Position numbers and translations under genes: made by a program. From contig CASEYY010000015.1 in the NCBI GenBank assembly GCA_949292335.1, positions 11,981 to 75,980 on the forward strand: a stretch of DNA of 64,000 nt. The letters are read 5' to 3'. Below are positions 8,996 to 18,399 of this stretch, one piece after another (the first letter of the stretch is position 1; each line of letters starts with the position of its first letter). Below the pieces are notes generated by a model. The model worked only from the letters and a program-made list of their open reading frames with translations, was not told the DNA's origin and searched no databases. Source of the stretch: an uncultured Pseudomonadota bacterium (GTDB lineage Bacteria > Pseudomonadota > Alphaproteobacteria > RF32 > CAG-239).

Positions 8996-9863
8996 AATTT
9001 TGCTCTATAAATTTTTTGATTCGTTCAAGATTATTTAATGCGTCAGCACGACCGAGGTCATACATCTGCTTGACAATATCCAAGTTACGCTCCATTTTGC
9101 CGATTTTTATCTTTTTTGACGGCCGCAAGACTAAAGTGTTACCGCTTTTTTCCGCCGCGGTAACATAATCAAGCTCTTGATTATACATAATATGCCTTTG
9201 GGTAATGGCTTTGGCAAATAAAGGATATTTACGATACACCAAGTTAGCTAACCAGCCGTTGTGAGCCGGAGGCTTGCGATAACCATTTGGTCTGGTTAAA
9301 ATCACGATATTGCGGTTATATCCCATATTTTGAGCGGCCTCAAGCGGAATACTGTCGCAAATGCCGCCGTCCAATAATTTTAGTCCGCCAACCTCAACAA
9401 TTTGTGAAAAAAACGGCAGAGAGGCCGAGGCTCTGAGATAATTGATATTGTCACCTCTTAATGAGGGACAATGGATGTATTCGGCTTTTCCGGTTTCGAT
9501 ATTGGAGCAAACGGCAAAAAATTTACATTTACTGTTTTCAAAAGTATCATGGTCAAATGGGTCGAGGATATCGGGCAATTCATGATAACAAAATTCGGTA
9601 TCGACCACATTTCCGGTTTTTAGCCAATTTTTAAGGCTCATAAATCTGGGGTCATTGCCATATTTGAGGTTATAACGGATTGAACGACCGTTTTGTTTGG
9701 CCACATAAGTACAGCCATGTATGGCTCCGGCCGACACGCCGAACACGGCGTCGGTCAGGATATTATTCTCAAGCAACACATCCAACACACCGGCGGTATA
9801 GATACCGCGTTTAGCTCCGCCTTCCAAAACCAATGCTGTCGTCATAACCAATTTATCCTTCAT
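8994..9863 (-). CDS. Patatin-like phospholipase
   Basis: Glycine-rich LEGGAKRG, lipase serine GVSAGA (GxSxG) and the DGG aspartate motif; 289 aa. Confidence 0.8.
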   Translation of the reverse strand: MKDKLVMTTALVLEGGAKRGIYTAGVLDVLLENNILTDAVFGVSAGAIHGCTYVAKQNGRSIRYNLKYGNDPRFMSLKNWLKTGNVVDTEFCYHELPDILDPFDHDTFENSKCKFFAVCSNIETGKAEYIHCPSLRGDNINYLRASASLPFFSQIVEVGGLKLLDGGICDSIPLEAAQNMGYNRNIVILTRPNGYRKPPAHNGWLANLVYRKYPLFAKAITQRHIMYNQELDYVTAAEKSGNTLVLRPSKKIKIGKMERNLDIVKQMYDLGRADALNNLERIKKFIEQN

Positions 9864-9864
9864 A

Positions 9865-9896
9865 CTAAAAGAGCCTCGTCAGGTGCAACGAGGCTC
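9865..9896 (-). terminator. Stem-loop / probable terminator downstream of the pilin gene
   Basis: GAGCCTCGT-CAGGTGCA-ACGAGGCTC hairpin flanked by an A-run on one side and a T-run on the other, so it could act in both directions. Confidence 0.45.
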
Positions 9897-9919
9897 ATAT
9901 TTTTCATTAAGCTATATTG

Positions 9920-10519
9920 TTAGTAATATATCCAGGTAATTGTAACATTGTCAGCGCACACATCATTACCTTCAACTACCAGTTTAGAGAAATCCAAAGG
10001 TAATTCAGAAGATTCATACGGCGTGTTATTAACAATCATGCCAATCAAGCCATCAGCACCCCAATCAGATGTAGCCAAAGAAGAACAAGCATCTTTTGTC
10101 AGATTCGCCATGGATATACAAAAATAACCAGCCTCACTACCTTGAGGAACCATATCATTACCACAACTACAACCAGCAGCATCTTTGCAAGAAGAAATAT
10201 TAACAGATCCTCCGAATGCACCGGTTAAGGTATCATTATCTACAATCATATCTGAAGAAACCAGGTGATAAGTTGCAGCAGCTTCATTGTTAAGTCCACT
10301 ATAAGTCGGACTGGAAGCAAAGGCCGTACGCACATTCATTAGAGTCATTGTTATCTGGTCTTGAGCCTTAGTAAGTTTAAATTTACTCATTGCCTTAGAA
10401 TAACCGGCAATACCACCGACCGACAAAACGCCGATAATCGCTAACACACCGAGCATCTCAACCATCGAACGACCGGATTCATTTACTCTAGCACCTGATA
10501 ACATTTCTTTATTCTCCAT
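9920..10519 (-). CDS. Type IV (IVb-like) prepilin
   Basis: ...ARVNESG|RSMVEMLGVLAIIGVLSVGGIAGY has Gly at -1, Glu at +5 and a hydrophobic alpha1-N helix. The C-terminal globular part has 6 Cys. The likely true start is M6 (ATG at 10502-10504), which has GGAG 8 nt upstream. Confidence 0.7.
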   Translation of the reverse strand: MENKEMLSGARVNESGRSMVEMLGVLAIIGVLSVGGIAGYSKAMSKFKLTKAQDQITMTLMNVRTAFASSPTYSGLNNEAAATYHLVSSDMIVDNDTLTGAFGGSVNISSCKDAAGCSCGNDMVPQGSEAGYFCISMANLTKDACSSLATSDWGADGLIGMIVNNTPYESSELPLDFSKLVVEGNDVCADNVTITWIYY

Positions 10520-10630
10520 AAAATTAAATAACCCTTTTATTTATTCTATATCCATAATTGCTTTAATACAATAAAAAACTCAATTTACAAGTATTGTATA
10601 CGCAAATAACTTAAAATAAAGTAAACAACC

Positions 10631-11227
10631 TTACTGTTCAAACCTAAAAATTACTTTATTTATGTCATTGCAGATTTTAGTGACGATTTTCCTCTCTGCA
10701 GGTAAAGCAGAGTCTTCACTGCTCCAGCTGAAAACCTGCTCCGATTTATTGCTTTTTATCGCCAATTCGCTCACCGAAAGCCAAAACTCATGCTCAAACT
10801 TATGTGCCGCCAAGGCTACGCACTGCTTTCTATTTAATCCGTTATAGGCAATCACAAAGCTTCGCATTGAGGGCATAACCGCCATACCGTTCTCATCGGC
10901 TCCAATCTCCACATCATTGGCAAAATATCCCTTCAACTTGCCGTTTTCTACCCGCATATCGGCCGGATAAAGTTTTTGCTTTATAACCTCTTGGGTGTTC
11001 AAGCCCCAAAAATCCGGTCGCATTTTATAGGCGGCACAAATATTTTTGGATAAAGCGGTTATCTGATTACCGGCCTCAAAAGCCCCGACATTTTGCTGTC
11101 CGCGGACAATCACCAACAACGACAAAGCCAGAGCAAACACAATAACCGCCGAAATTATGGCAACTTTCCACTGGCAAATCATTACCCACAAAATTGTGAA
11201 AAAGGCTTTAATTTTTCCCATAGTCAT
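10631..11227 (-). CDS. Membrane-anchored protein of unknown function within the pilus operon
   Basis: 198 aa with an N-terminal TM (AIISAVIVFALALSLLVIV) and a Cys-containing C-terminal domain. There is no G/xxxxE prepilin site. It is tightly packed between the platform gene and the pilin gene. Confidence 0.5.
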   Translation of the reverse strand: MTMGKIKAFFTILWVMICQWKVAIISAVIVFALALSLLVIVRGQQNVGAFEAGNQITALSKNICAAYKMRPDFWGLNTQEVIKQKLYPADMRVENGKLKGYFANDVEIGADENGMAVMPSMRSFVIAYNGLNRKQCVALAAHKFEHEFWLSVSELAIKSNKSEQVFSWSSEDSALPAERKIVTKICNDINKVIFRFEQ

Positions 11228-11230
11228 TCC

Positions 11231-12367
11231 CTAAGTTCCCATATTGCTTGTAATTTGGTCTTGCATATCAAAGGTTCCCATAACCGCCCAAGCAATAACA
11301 CCACCAATAGCTAGCAAGGCCACCATGTTTAATAATCCGGCTTTTTCTTCAATGGTATAAACCGATTCTTCCAACCATTCGTTAGCCAAATTGTCCAGAG
11401 CTTCTTCAAAGTTGTCCAATTCGGAATAAATCTTCAAGTCGTCAATAATCTCTTTATCCGGAAACATCAAGCCGGTTTTTCCCAGAGCCTGACCTAAGTT
11501 ATCACCGTTATTGACATAAACCAAAGTTTTATCAATTCGCTCTTTCAAATATCTGGTAGCATCGCGACGCAATGCACGCAATGCCGTAGAAACCGGAGTT
11601 CCTCCCTTAACCAATGCCGCCATAGCCAATAACCAGCTAATTCCGACAAAGGTTTTATACAGTGACCATGGCGGAATATTGTCAAATACGGCTCTTATTT
11701 TTCCGGTCCATATACTAATTGTAAAGTATATGGTTGCCATTATTATCGGCAAAGAAGAAAAAGCAATCAACCAGTTATCCTTAATCCAAGCCGACAAATC
11801 AACCAAATCTTTAGCCAATCCTCGCCATCTGACATTCGGAGCCGCATCAATCATCGGCGGCACCATATATACACCAATGGCATAAATAATCAAAATTGCC
11901 ATCATCATCAAAAAGCTCGGGTAGGTAATTGCACCGATAATCGGGCGGATCATTTTGGTCGAACCTTCGGTAACTTTAATCAAGTTCAACAAAGCACCTT
12001 CCAAGTCCGACACATCGCCCACCGAAAGCATCAGTCTTTCTCTGTCGGGAGCCCAGCCTTTCAAAGCATCGGAAAAAGTATTACCGTTGTTTAGGCTTCT
12101 GCCCCAAGCCGCAATGGCAATCGCCAACGGTTCGCCGGGGTTTTTGCCGCCGTTGGAAGCTCCGTCGTGTAACATATCCAAAGCATCCATCAACGAAAAA
12201 CGGTTTTTCATCAGCGAGGCAATTTTACGATAAAGCTTCAATCTGGTTTTGTTGGCAAACATAATCATCAAGCGGGCATATACTTCCTCGGCTTTGTTAA
12301 GATTACGCATTGCCTTTTGCAAAGATTTTGAGTTCTTTTTCTTACTTAACAGTTCTTCATCAACCAT
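11231..12367 (-). CDS. Type IV pilus inner-membrane platform protein (GspF/PilC family; R64 PilR-like)
   Basis: 378 aa with three TM segments separated by cytoplasmic helical domains, immediately downstream of the GspE-type ATPase. Confidence 0.75.
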   Translation of the reverse strand: MVDEELLSKKKNSKSLQKAMRNLNKAEEVYARLMIMFANKTRLKLYRKIASLMKNRFSLMDALDMLHDGASNGGKNPGEPLAIAIAAWGRSLNNGNTFSDALKGWAPDRERLMLSVGDVSDLEGALLNLIKVTEGSTKMIRPIIGAITYPSFLMMMAILIIYAIGVYMVPPMIDAAPNVRWRGLAKDLVDLSAWIKDNWLIAFSSLPIIMATIYFTISIWTGKIRAVFDNIPPWSLYKTFVGISWLLAMAALVKGGTPVSTALRALRRDATRYLKERIDKTLVYVNNGDNLGQALGKTGLMFPDKEIIDDLKIYSELDNFEEALDNLANEWLEESVYTIEEKAGLLNMVALLAIGGVIAWAVMGTFDMQDQITSNMGT

Positions 12368-12382
12368 TTTATCGCCCTCAAA

Positions 12383-14053
12383 CTAGTATACCGGACGCTG
12401 ATCAAGCAATCCGCACCATCTCTCAACTTCATCCAAATCAATAAGTCCTTTAAGCATTCGCTCCATGGCCGCTTCTTTTAAGGTTCTGCCGTTCAAATCC
12501 GATGTCCAATAATCAATGGCTCGTCTGGTTTCGCCCTTAATCATCAATTCCAAGAATGTCGCATCGGGCAAAATAATCTCCGGCACACACATACGACCTT
12601 TAACTCCGGTACCGTTACAGAATTTACATCCCGGACCGCGTACAAAAGTGTTTTCTACGCCAAAGTCGCCCAAAGCGGTACGCAAACGATTAAACGATGG
12701 GTCATTTTGCCGTTCTTTAACCGACATTCGGCAATGCGGGCATAATTTACGGAACAGACGTTGCGAAATCAGTCCCTTAATCAATTCCGGGTCAAGTAGC
12801 TTAAATGTTTCAACCCCCATATCTCTAAAACGGTTAATAATTGCCGGAGCAGAGTTGGCGTGCAGGGTAGACCACATTCCGTGACCCGACAAGGCACCTT
12901 GGAAAGTAAGTTGTGCCGCCGCTAACGCTCTAATCTCGCCCACCATAATAACATCAGGGTCAGAACGCAACGCAGCCGACAAAGCTTTGGTAAATTGTTC
13001 GGCTTTTTCTTCTTCGGTATTGGCATTGGTCACCGGCATTTGTCTTGCCCCCGGAATTGGGTACTCCGGAGGATCTTCCACCGTCAGCAAATTGAGCTCA
13101 TAATTCTTTTCTTGCAAAAGCTTAATCATATTTCTTTGCAAAGTGGTAGATTTGCCCGAACCGGTAGGGCCTGCCACAATGCTCATTCCGACCGGAACCG
13201 CTCTCAAGCGATAAAACAAATCTTCTTCAAATTGCCCAAAACCAAGTGAGGCCAAATCACCGGAACCGTCCGGATTATCATCGGCATAAAGCAAACGCAT
13301 AACCAAATATTGCGAACCGAAAGCAATCGGGTTAAATTGCAAACGAATAGCCAATACATTGTGCGGCAGCATCAATTTACCCTTAGACCCTCTCAGCGGG
13401 GTAGAACCTAGCTTTTGAGCACCTTGGAATTCGTTTTGAGCATAGTTGGAATCGGAAATATCGGCCGAAGCAAATGCCGCACGAACAAACGATTCGCCCC
13501 ATTCTTTATTATATTCCATCTCAACTTGCATCATACCGTTGACCCTAAACATAATAACGGTATTGTCCGCTACCACGACATGAATATCCGACACTTTTTT
13601 ACTTGCCGCTCTTGCTACCACATTAACAAAATCTTTTTGCATTTGCAGTTGGTCAAGTTCGGCATCGCCCGACACTTCTTCGGCGGCTTGAGCTCGCTCA
13701 CCGATGGCATAAATGGCGTTTAACTCGTTTTGTGAAACATAGGTCGGTTTGGCGATGGCAACTTTTTTCTTGCGGGCCAAAACTTCAAAGCTCAAGACGC
13801 GGCCGTCAAATTTGTGAGCTTCCACGACCAAAAATCTGCCGTCAGAAAATAGTGCCAACAATCTTCTGGTGTCGTCATTAACCGCCAACGGCGAACCTGG
13901 CAGAGTGAGAAGTTTGTTGTTGTTTGAGAAATAAACTTCGGCTATTGAACCTTTTTCGGCGTCGTTGGATTTGTTCTCCTCAGAAACAGGAGCAGCCGAG
14001 GCATTTGCCTCGGCCTGAGATACGGTCTTTTCCTGCTCTTCAGAATTTTCCAT
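12383..14053 (-). CDS. Type IV pilus assembly ATPase (GspE/PilB family; R64 PilQ-like)
   Basis: Walker A GPTGSGKST, Walker B/Asp box DPDVIMVGEIR, His box GHGMWSTLHAN, and tetracysteine CPHC...CKFC. Confidence 0.9.
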   Translation of the reverse strand: MENSEEQEKTVSQAEANASAAPVSEENKSNDAEKGSIAEVYFSNNNKLLTLPGSPLAVNDDTRRLLALFSDGRFLVVEAHKFDGRVLSFEVLARKKKVAIAKPTYVSQNELNAIYAIGERAQAAEEVSGDAELDQLQMQKDFVNVVARAASKKVSDIHVVVADNTVIMFRVNGMMQVEMEYNKEWGESFVRAAFASADISDSNYAQNEFQGAQKLGSTPLRGSKGKLMLPHNVLAIRLQFNPIAFGSQYLVMRLLYADDNPDGSGDLASLGFGQFEEDLFYRLRAVPVGMSIVAGPTGSGKSTTLQRNMIKLLQEKNYELNLLTVEDPPEYPIPGARQMPVTNANTEEEKAEQFTKALSAALRSDPDVIMVGEIRALAAAQLTFQGALSGHGMWSTLHANSAPAIINRFRDMGVETFKLLDPELIKGLISQRLFRKLCPHCRMSVKERQNDPSFNRLRTALGDFGVENTFVRGPGCKFCNGTGVKGRMCVPEIILPDATFLELMIKGETRRAIDYWTSDLNGRTLKEAAMERMLKGLIDLDEVERWCGLLDQRPVY

Positions 14054-14080
14054 TTTGCACCTAAACTAATTCAACCAAAA

Positions 14081-15412
14081 TTACAAAGGAGTAGATATCA
14101 AACCAGCTCTTGATCCGCCGCTATTTGCCGTTGCGGGCTGACCTGATGAGTTCTGAGAGGTCTGAAGTCTTGCCGCTACATCAGGATCAAGCTGGAAGCC
14201 TGATGTTTCCATCGGAACTATACCACCTGCAGAGAAGTAAAGGTAGCTCTTGTTGTTTCCTTTGCTCGCCGCCACATAAGTAGTGGTAATCTCATCGACG
14301 ATATGACCAGATTGCAATGCCGTTCCTTTCTTAACATAGAAAGAAACACCTCCGGTATTTAACAATTTCGCAACCAACTCTCCGCCCTGACCTCTAATTT
14401 CGGTTACGGCATAGAGTTGCGACAACTCAGTTTCAACAGGCTCGTTTGCCGAATCGCTCGTTGAACTTTCCGCACTATCGGTTGCAGCTGCAGTACCGTT
14501 GGCAAACGGATTGCTCTTCATCTGTGCGTTTTCTCTTTCCAAGGCCTCGGTTCTTTTACGCAAAATCTCGATTTGCGTTCTTAAGTTTTCGGCATCTTTT
14601 TCATAGGCATCAACTTTAGCCATAAAAGATTTTTTTGCCTCTATGGCAGCGGAATTCAAGTCTTTTACTTTGGTTTTCATATCTTCCAACAGAGCCATTT
14701 TAGAATTTCTTAAATCATCGATTTGTTTATAGAACTTGGCATTGTTGGCAATCCAGAGCTGATTTTCCTCAAGCATTTTGTTTTTATATGCCCCCAATAT
14801 TCTTTCTTGACGCAGAGTTTCAAATTTTATATCCAAATCACGAAGCTTCTGTTGCTCAACCAAAACTTTTTGTTCTTGTTCTTTTTCAAAAGCCAAATTC
14901 TTAAGTTTTTGTTGCTCGATTCTCTCTTTTTCTTGTTGCAAAGCTTGTCTTCGCTGATTTTTCACCGCCTCGATTTCGTTTTTGAGCTTTTCTCTTTTCA
15001 ATTCCAAATTCAACAGAGCTGTTCTTTTTTCAATATCTGACATCTGCGAAAATAAATCAGTACCCTCCGCAGTGGCATCCGGCTGTTCGGCAAGTAGAGT
15101 CATCTCTTCTGCGACCGTAGCCCCAGCTTCTGGCAACTCTTCGCTTACGGCAAGAGTATCAACTCCAATCGTCGGAGCAGAGGGTGTCGTCTCCGGCAGA
15201 TTGATTGCCGGTAACTCCGGTGAGCCTTGAGAATTTGGCGATGCAATGTCCGGCACCTCGGGAGATGGAATATCCATTTCGGTATCCAACCCGTCATCAA
15301 ACATGGCTTCTTCCGATAAAGAAACCAAGCCTTGAGCATTTGCTTGTCCCGCCCCAAACGCTAAAGAACAAAAGATTGCCGCCAATAATAAATTTAAACT
15401 CTTACAAGACAT
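14081..15412 (-). CDS. PilP-like pilus biogenesis protein with long coiled-coil extension
   Basis: Signal peptide, Pro/Glu-rich spacer, and ~250 aa of heptad-like K/E/Q-rich sequence. The C-terminal LYAVTEIRGQGGELVAKLLNTGGVSFYVKKGTALQSGHIVDEI resembles the PilP/GspC-HR beta domain. Start taken at ATG 15410-15412, which has AAGGAG 6 nt upstream. Confidence 0.5.
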   Translation of the reverse strand: MSCKSLNLLLAAIFCSLAFGAGQANAQGLVSLSEEAMFDDGLDTEMDIPSPEVPDIASPNSQGSPELPAINLPETTPSAPTIGVDTLAVSEELPEAGATVAEEMTLLAEQPDATAEGTDLFSQMSDIEKRTALLNLELKREKLKNEIEAVKNQRRQALQQEKERIEQQKLKNLAFEKEQEQKVLVEQQKLRDLDIKFETLRQERILGAYKNKMLEENQLWIANNAKFYKQIDDLRNSKMALLEDMKTKVKDLNSAAIEAKKSFMAKVDAYEKDAENLRTQIEILRKRTEALERENAQMKSNPFANGTAAATDSAESSTSDSANEPVETELSQLYAVTEIRGQGGELVAKLLNTGGVSFYVKKGTALQSGHIVDEITTTYVAASKGNNKSYLYFSAGGIVPMETSGFQLDPDVAARLQTSQNSSGQPATANSGGSRAGLISTPL

Positions 15413-16751
15413 ATATAGCTCCTTCATAATGCCAAACATTGGTGTCCGGTGAATAGGTCATCAGTCTAAACTCAAGACCTGAATATTTTGTTAACAACTT
15501 TGTCCAAACCGTCGGATCATGCGGCGAACTAAAAGAAAATTTAAGTACTCTGAAAACTGCTGGCTGCTGGGCAGGCACTTTAGCTGCCGGTCCCTTGGCC
15601 GCCGGTCCTTTTCCCGCTGTTGCCGCGGCTTTTGGAGCCGCAGTCTTAACAGTTTCTTCGGACAGAGTAATTTGCAAACCCAAAGACTGGAATTGATTAT
15701 TTATTATATTGCGTAAATCGACCATATTATACTCCGGCGGAGATAGCAACTGCGGTGCCGGCTCCAAGTTAACGGAGGCCGTCAGATTGTTTCCGGTGTT
15801 ATCAAACTGGTATCCGGCAAATTTAATTCCGGATTGCTCCAAAGCATCTTCCATCCAATCCATAATACCGAATTCTCTTCGCCATGAGGTTGCCACCGAA
15901 TTTTTCGAGCAAGTAATCAATCCGATTTTCCAACCCGGAGGCATTATCTGAGCCAACTGGTTAATACCTTCAAAGCAATTATCCATAATTGCTGTTGGAT
16001 CTTCGATCTTTTCCCAAGGTTTAGGAACTTTTTTAACTTCAACCGGTTGAATAACCTTAGGTCTTACCGGTACCGAAACCGGTCGTTTTACCGGAGTAAA
16101 AAATATTTTATCGACCAGTGTCGAAACCAACCACAAACCCACAACTGCCGAAACGACAACAACCGCAATCAGCTTAGAACCGCGAAGGCCTTTTATCTTC
16201 TGTAATTTAGCTTTGGCACCGCGAGAAAGCAGCTCACCCAAATCGGCATCTTCGGTATCATCAAGTCCCCATTCTGCCGGAGCTATCTTTTTGCCCCAAT
16301 CAGGAACCGCCAACATTGATAAGAACTGATTTTTAGCTTCTTCTTCGTTTAAGAAGAGCATATCACCATCAGAAAGGATAATATCATTACGAACGCAAGT
16401 ATACCACCAACCTTCTTTTGTTTTGAATACCGCAACAAAAGATGAAATATCGGACAAAGCGGTAACCAAAGCCACCATAGCCGAAGATTGTCCTTTTTTG
16501 AAGCCTTCATGCGAAACGCAAATACCAAATTGCGGTGCTTTTCCGCCCTTGATGCAGAATAAATCGGCACCCTCTAAAATGCTGTTTGACGCATCTTCCA
16601 CTTCTTGCAGGTAGTCTTTGGCATTCTGTAAAGGCTGCCAGAACAGACTGGTAGCATAATTAATGCCGTCGACATTAATTGATGTGCCCCAGGTTTTACG
16701 AGAGTTACCTCCCTCAAAATCGTCATCTAACAGCTTTGCTTCATCAAGCAC
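15402..16751 (-). CDS. PilO-like (type IVb pilin accessory) bitopic membrane protein
   Basis: 449 aa with a cytoplasmic N-domain, a single central TM (LIAVVVVSAVVGLWLVSTLV) and a periplasmic C-domain. The call rests on position between the secretin and PilP-like genes, as in R64-type clusters, and on topology only. Confidence 0.4.
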   Translation of the reverse strand: MLDEAKLLDDDFEGGNSRKTWGTSINVDGINYATSLFWQPLQNAKDYLQEVEDASNSILEGADLFCIKGGKAPQFGICVSHEGFKKGQSSAMVALVTALSDISSFVAVFKTKEGWWYTCVRNDIILSDGDMLFLNEEEAKNQFLSMLAVPDWGKKIAPAEWGLDDTEDADLGELLSRGAKAKLQKIKGLRGSKLIAVVVVSAVVGLWLVSTLVDKIFFTPVKRPVSVPVRPKVIQPVEVKKVPKPWEKIEDPTAIMDNCFEGINQLAQIMPPGWKIGLITCSKNSVATSWRREFGIMDWMEDALEQSGIKFAGYQFDNTGNNLTASVNLEPAPQLLSPPEYNMVDLRNIINNQFQSLGLQITLSEETVKTAAPKAAATAGKGPAAKGPAAKVPAQQPAVFRVLKFSFSSPHDPTVWTKLLTKYSGLEFRLMTYSPDTNVWHYEGAIYVL

Positions 16752-16773
16752 TTTTTTATCTCCTGCAAAGACG

Positions 16774-18399
16774 CTAGTTCATGGTCATTCTGGTTTCCGG
16801 AGACAACGGAGTTTCCAAAACCACAGGTGTTAAGACAATAACCAAGATATTGCGTTCTCTTGAAGCATCGGCATTTCCGCCCAAAATAGAAGATTCTGCC
16901 GATCCTGCACCTGTTTTTGTTGTTTCGTCCGAAGTTTTTTCATATCCGGTCAAGATAAGTGACTCACCCGAGCTCAGAGCGACTTCTTGCGTAAAGGCCC
17001 GAGACTCAACTTTCGGGTTTTGAATGTATTGGTTTTCATCTTCGTTGCCGAAGCTTACCTTTTCAAGAGAAATCAAGTCGGACAAAGTCATGTTAAACAT
17101 AACCAACATTCTGCCGTGTTCCAAAATTCTCGGCAATACATCCAAGGTAAAACCGGTTTCGATTTCTTCGGTAGTAACCGAAATATCATAATTATCTCCG
17201 TCGGTACCGTTGTTGGTTTTGGTCATCTCGGAAATATAATTCTGTTTTTGGGTTACTTGAATCGGAGCAGGTTTATTATTCAAAGTTGTAACCGTACCGC
17301 TGGTAATCAAAGTTGTGCGGTTTTTCTGAGAGATAGCCTGCATAATGGCATCGGCAGACCAGTTATCTTTTAAGATACCCCACGATATGGCACTCGACAA
17401 ATCATCGGAGGTCGCAATTCCTTGGGTTCCCGTAATGCCGACGGAAGTAACGCCGTCCTCAAAAGTAGCCTTGAGATCCAAGCCGTAAGAATCCGTATCT
17501 TTAAGAGTAACTTGCATGATTTTAACCGAGATTGCAACTTGTCTGGCCAGACGGGCATTTTGTTCATTAACATACTTTGCCACCAGTTTAATATCATTTG
17601 GGGTCGCGGTCAAAGTGATGGTTCCGTCCGAAGGAGAAACGGTTAATTTGGCATCGGAGCCGATCATTGAAGAAATAGTTTTTTCAAACTGGGTCCACAT
17701 TTCGACATCGATAGATGATGTTAAGCTTATGGAAGATGAACCGCCGCTTCCCGAAGCCGACCCTCCGATATTAACATTCATGTTCGGTTTGGTAGGCAAG
17801 GAGTACATAACAAAAGTTTTGGTGATAAAGCGGTAGAAATAAATATCTTTGTTGTCATATTTCCACCAAACGCCGAAACGCGACGACACCTCGTCCAAGA
17901 ACCCGCTCAGAGGTCCCTGATAAGAAACCACCATGGTGTCCGGAGAAGCCCATTCGCTGCCGGTAGGCAGCACGGAGGCCGGTTTGTTGCTTTCACCTTT
18001 AGCTCTGACATCCGCTTCCAAATCGTACGAATATCTAATACCAAGTCCGGTTGTGCGGTTAAGCATATCACCGATTTCATATAGACTTATGGGGCGATTT
18101 GAAACCAGGGTAATACCGTCGTTTGCTTCCAAATAAGAGGGTAAAGGCTCACCTTCATACTCAATTTTACTGGTGTTACCGAGCCAGATATCGTCATTTA
18201 CCTTAACCAAATCTTGGTTGGCTATTTTAGTGGGAGCCTTAGCTTCTTCACGCAAAGTCGAAGCTGCTTCAATATTTTTTTCGACCACATCGTCCATCGT
18301 GGTAGAGATGGAGCAGGAGGCAACGATGGCAACGGCACAAAGGCTGACGCCTACCTTTTTCAAATTAGTTATACGCATTTTCATCCTCCCTCGTTTCAA
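16774..18399 (-). CDS. Lipoprotein secretin (R64 PilN / BfpB-type)
   Basis: Lipobox AIVASC. C-terminal secretin-like region: TLITSGTVTTLNNKPAPIQV...GFTLDVLPRI...ESLILTGYE...RNILVIVLTPVVLE. Confidence 0.8.
   Translation of the reverse strand: MKRGRMKMRITNLKKVGVSLCAVAIVASCSISTTMDDVVEKNIEAASTLREEAKAPTKIANQDLVKVNDDIWLGNTSKIEYEGEPLPSYLEANDGITLVSNRPISLYEIGDMLNRTTGLGIRYSYDLEADVRAKGESNKPASVLPTGSEWASPDTMVVSYQGPLSGFLDEVSSRFGVWWKYDNKDIYFYRFITKTFVMYSLPTKPNMNVNIGGSASGSGGSSSISLTSSIDVEMWTQFEKTISSMIGSDAKLTVSPSDGTITLTATPNDIKLVAKYVNEQNARLARQVAISVKIMQVTLKDTDSYGLDLKATFEDGVTSVGITGTQGIATSDDLSSAISWGILKDNWSADAIMQAISQKNRTTLITSGTVTTLNNKPAPIQVTQKQNYISEMTKTNNGTDGDNYDISVTTEEIETGFTLDVLPRILEHGRMLVMFNMTLSDLISLEKVSFGNEDENQYIQNPKVESRAFTQEVALSSGESLILTGYEKTSDETTKTGAGSAESSILGGNADASRERNILVIVLTPVVLETPLSPETRMTMN

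Noticed and set aside
8994-9863. Patatin-like phospholipase next to the pilus operon as a secreted effector (ExoU/VipD/Pat-like)
   Set aside because: It is only 289 aa, with just the core patatin fold, no extra targeting or translocation domains and no signal peptide. A REP nest and a terminator-like hairpin separate it from neighbouring operons.
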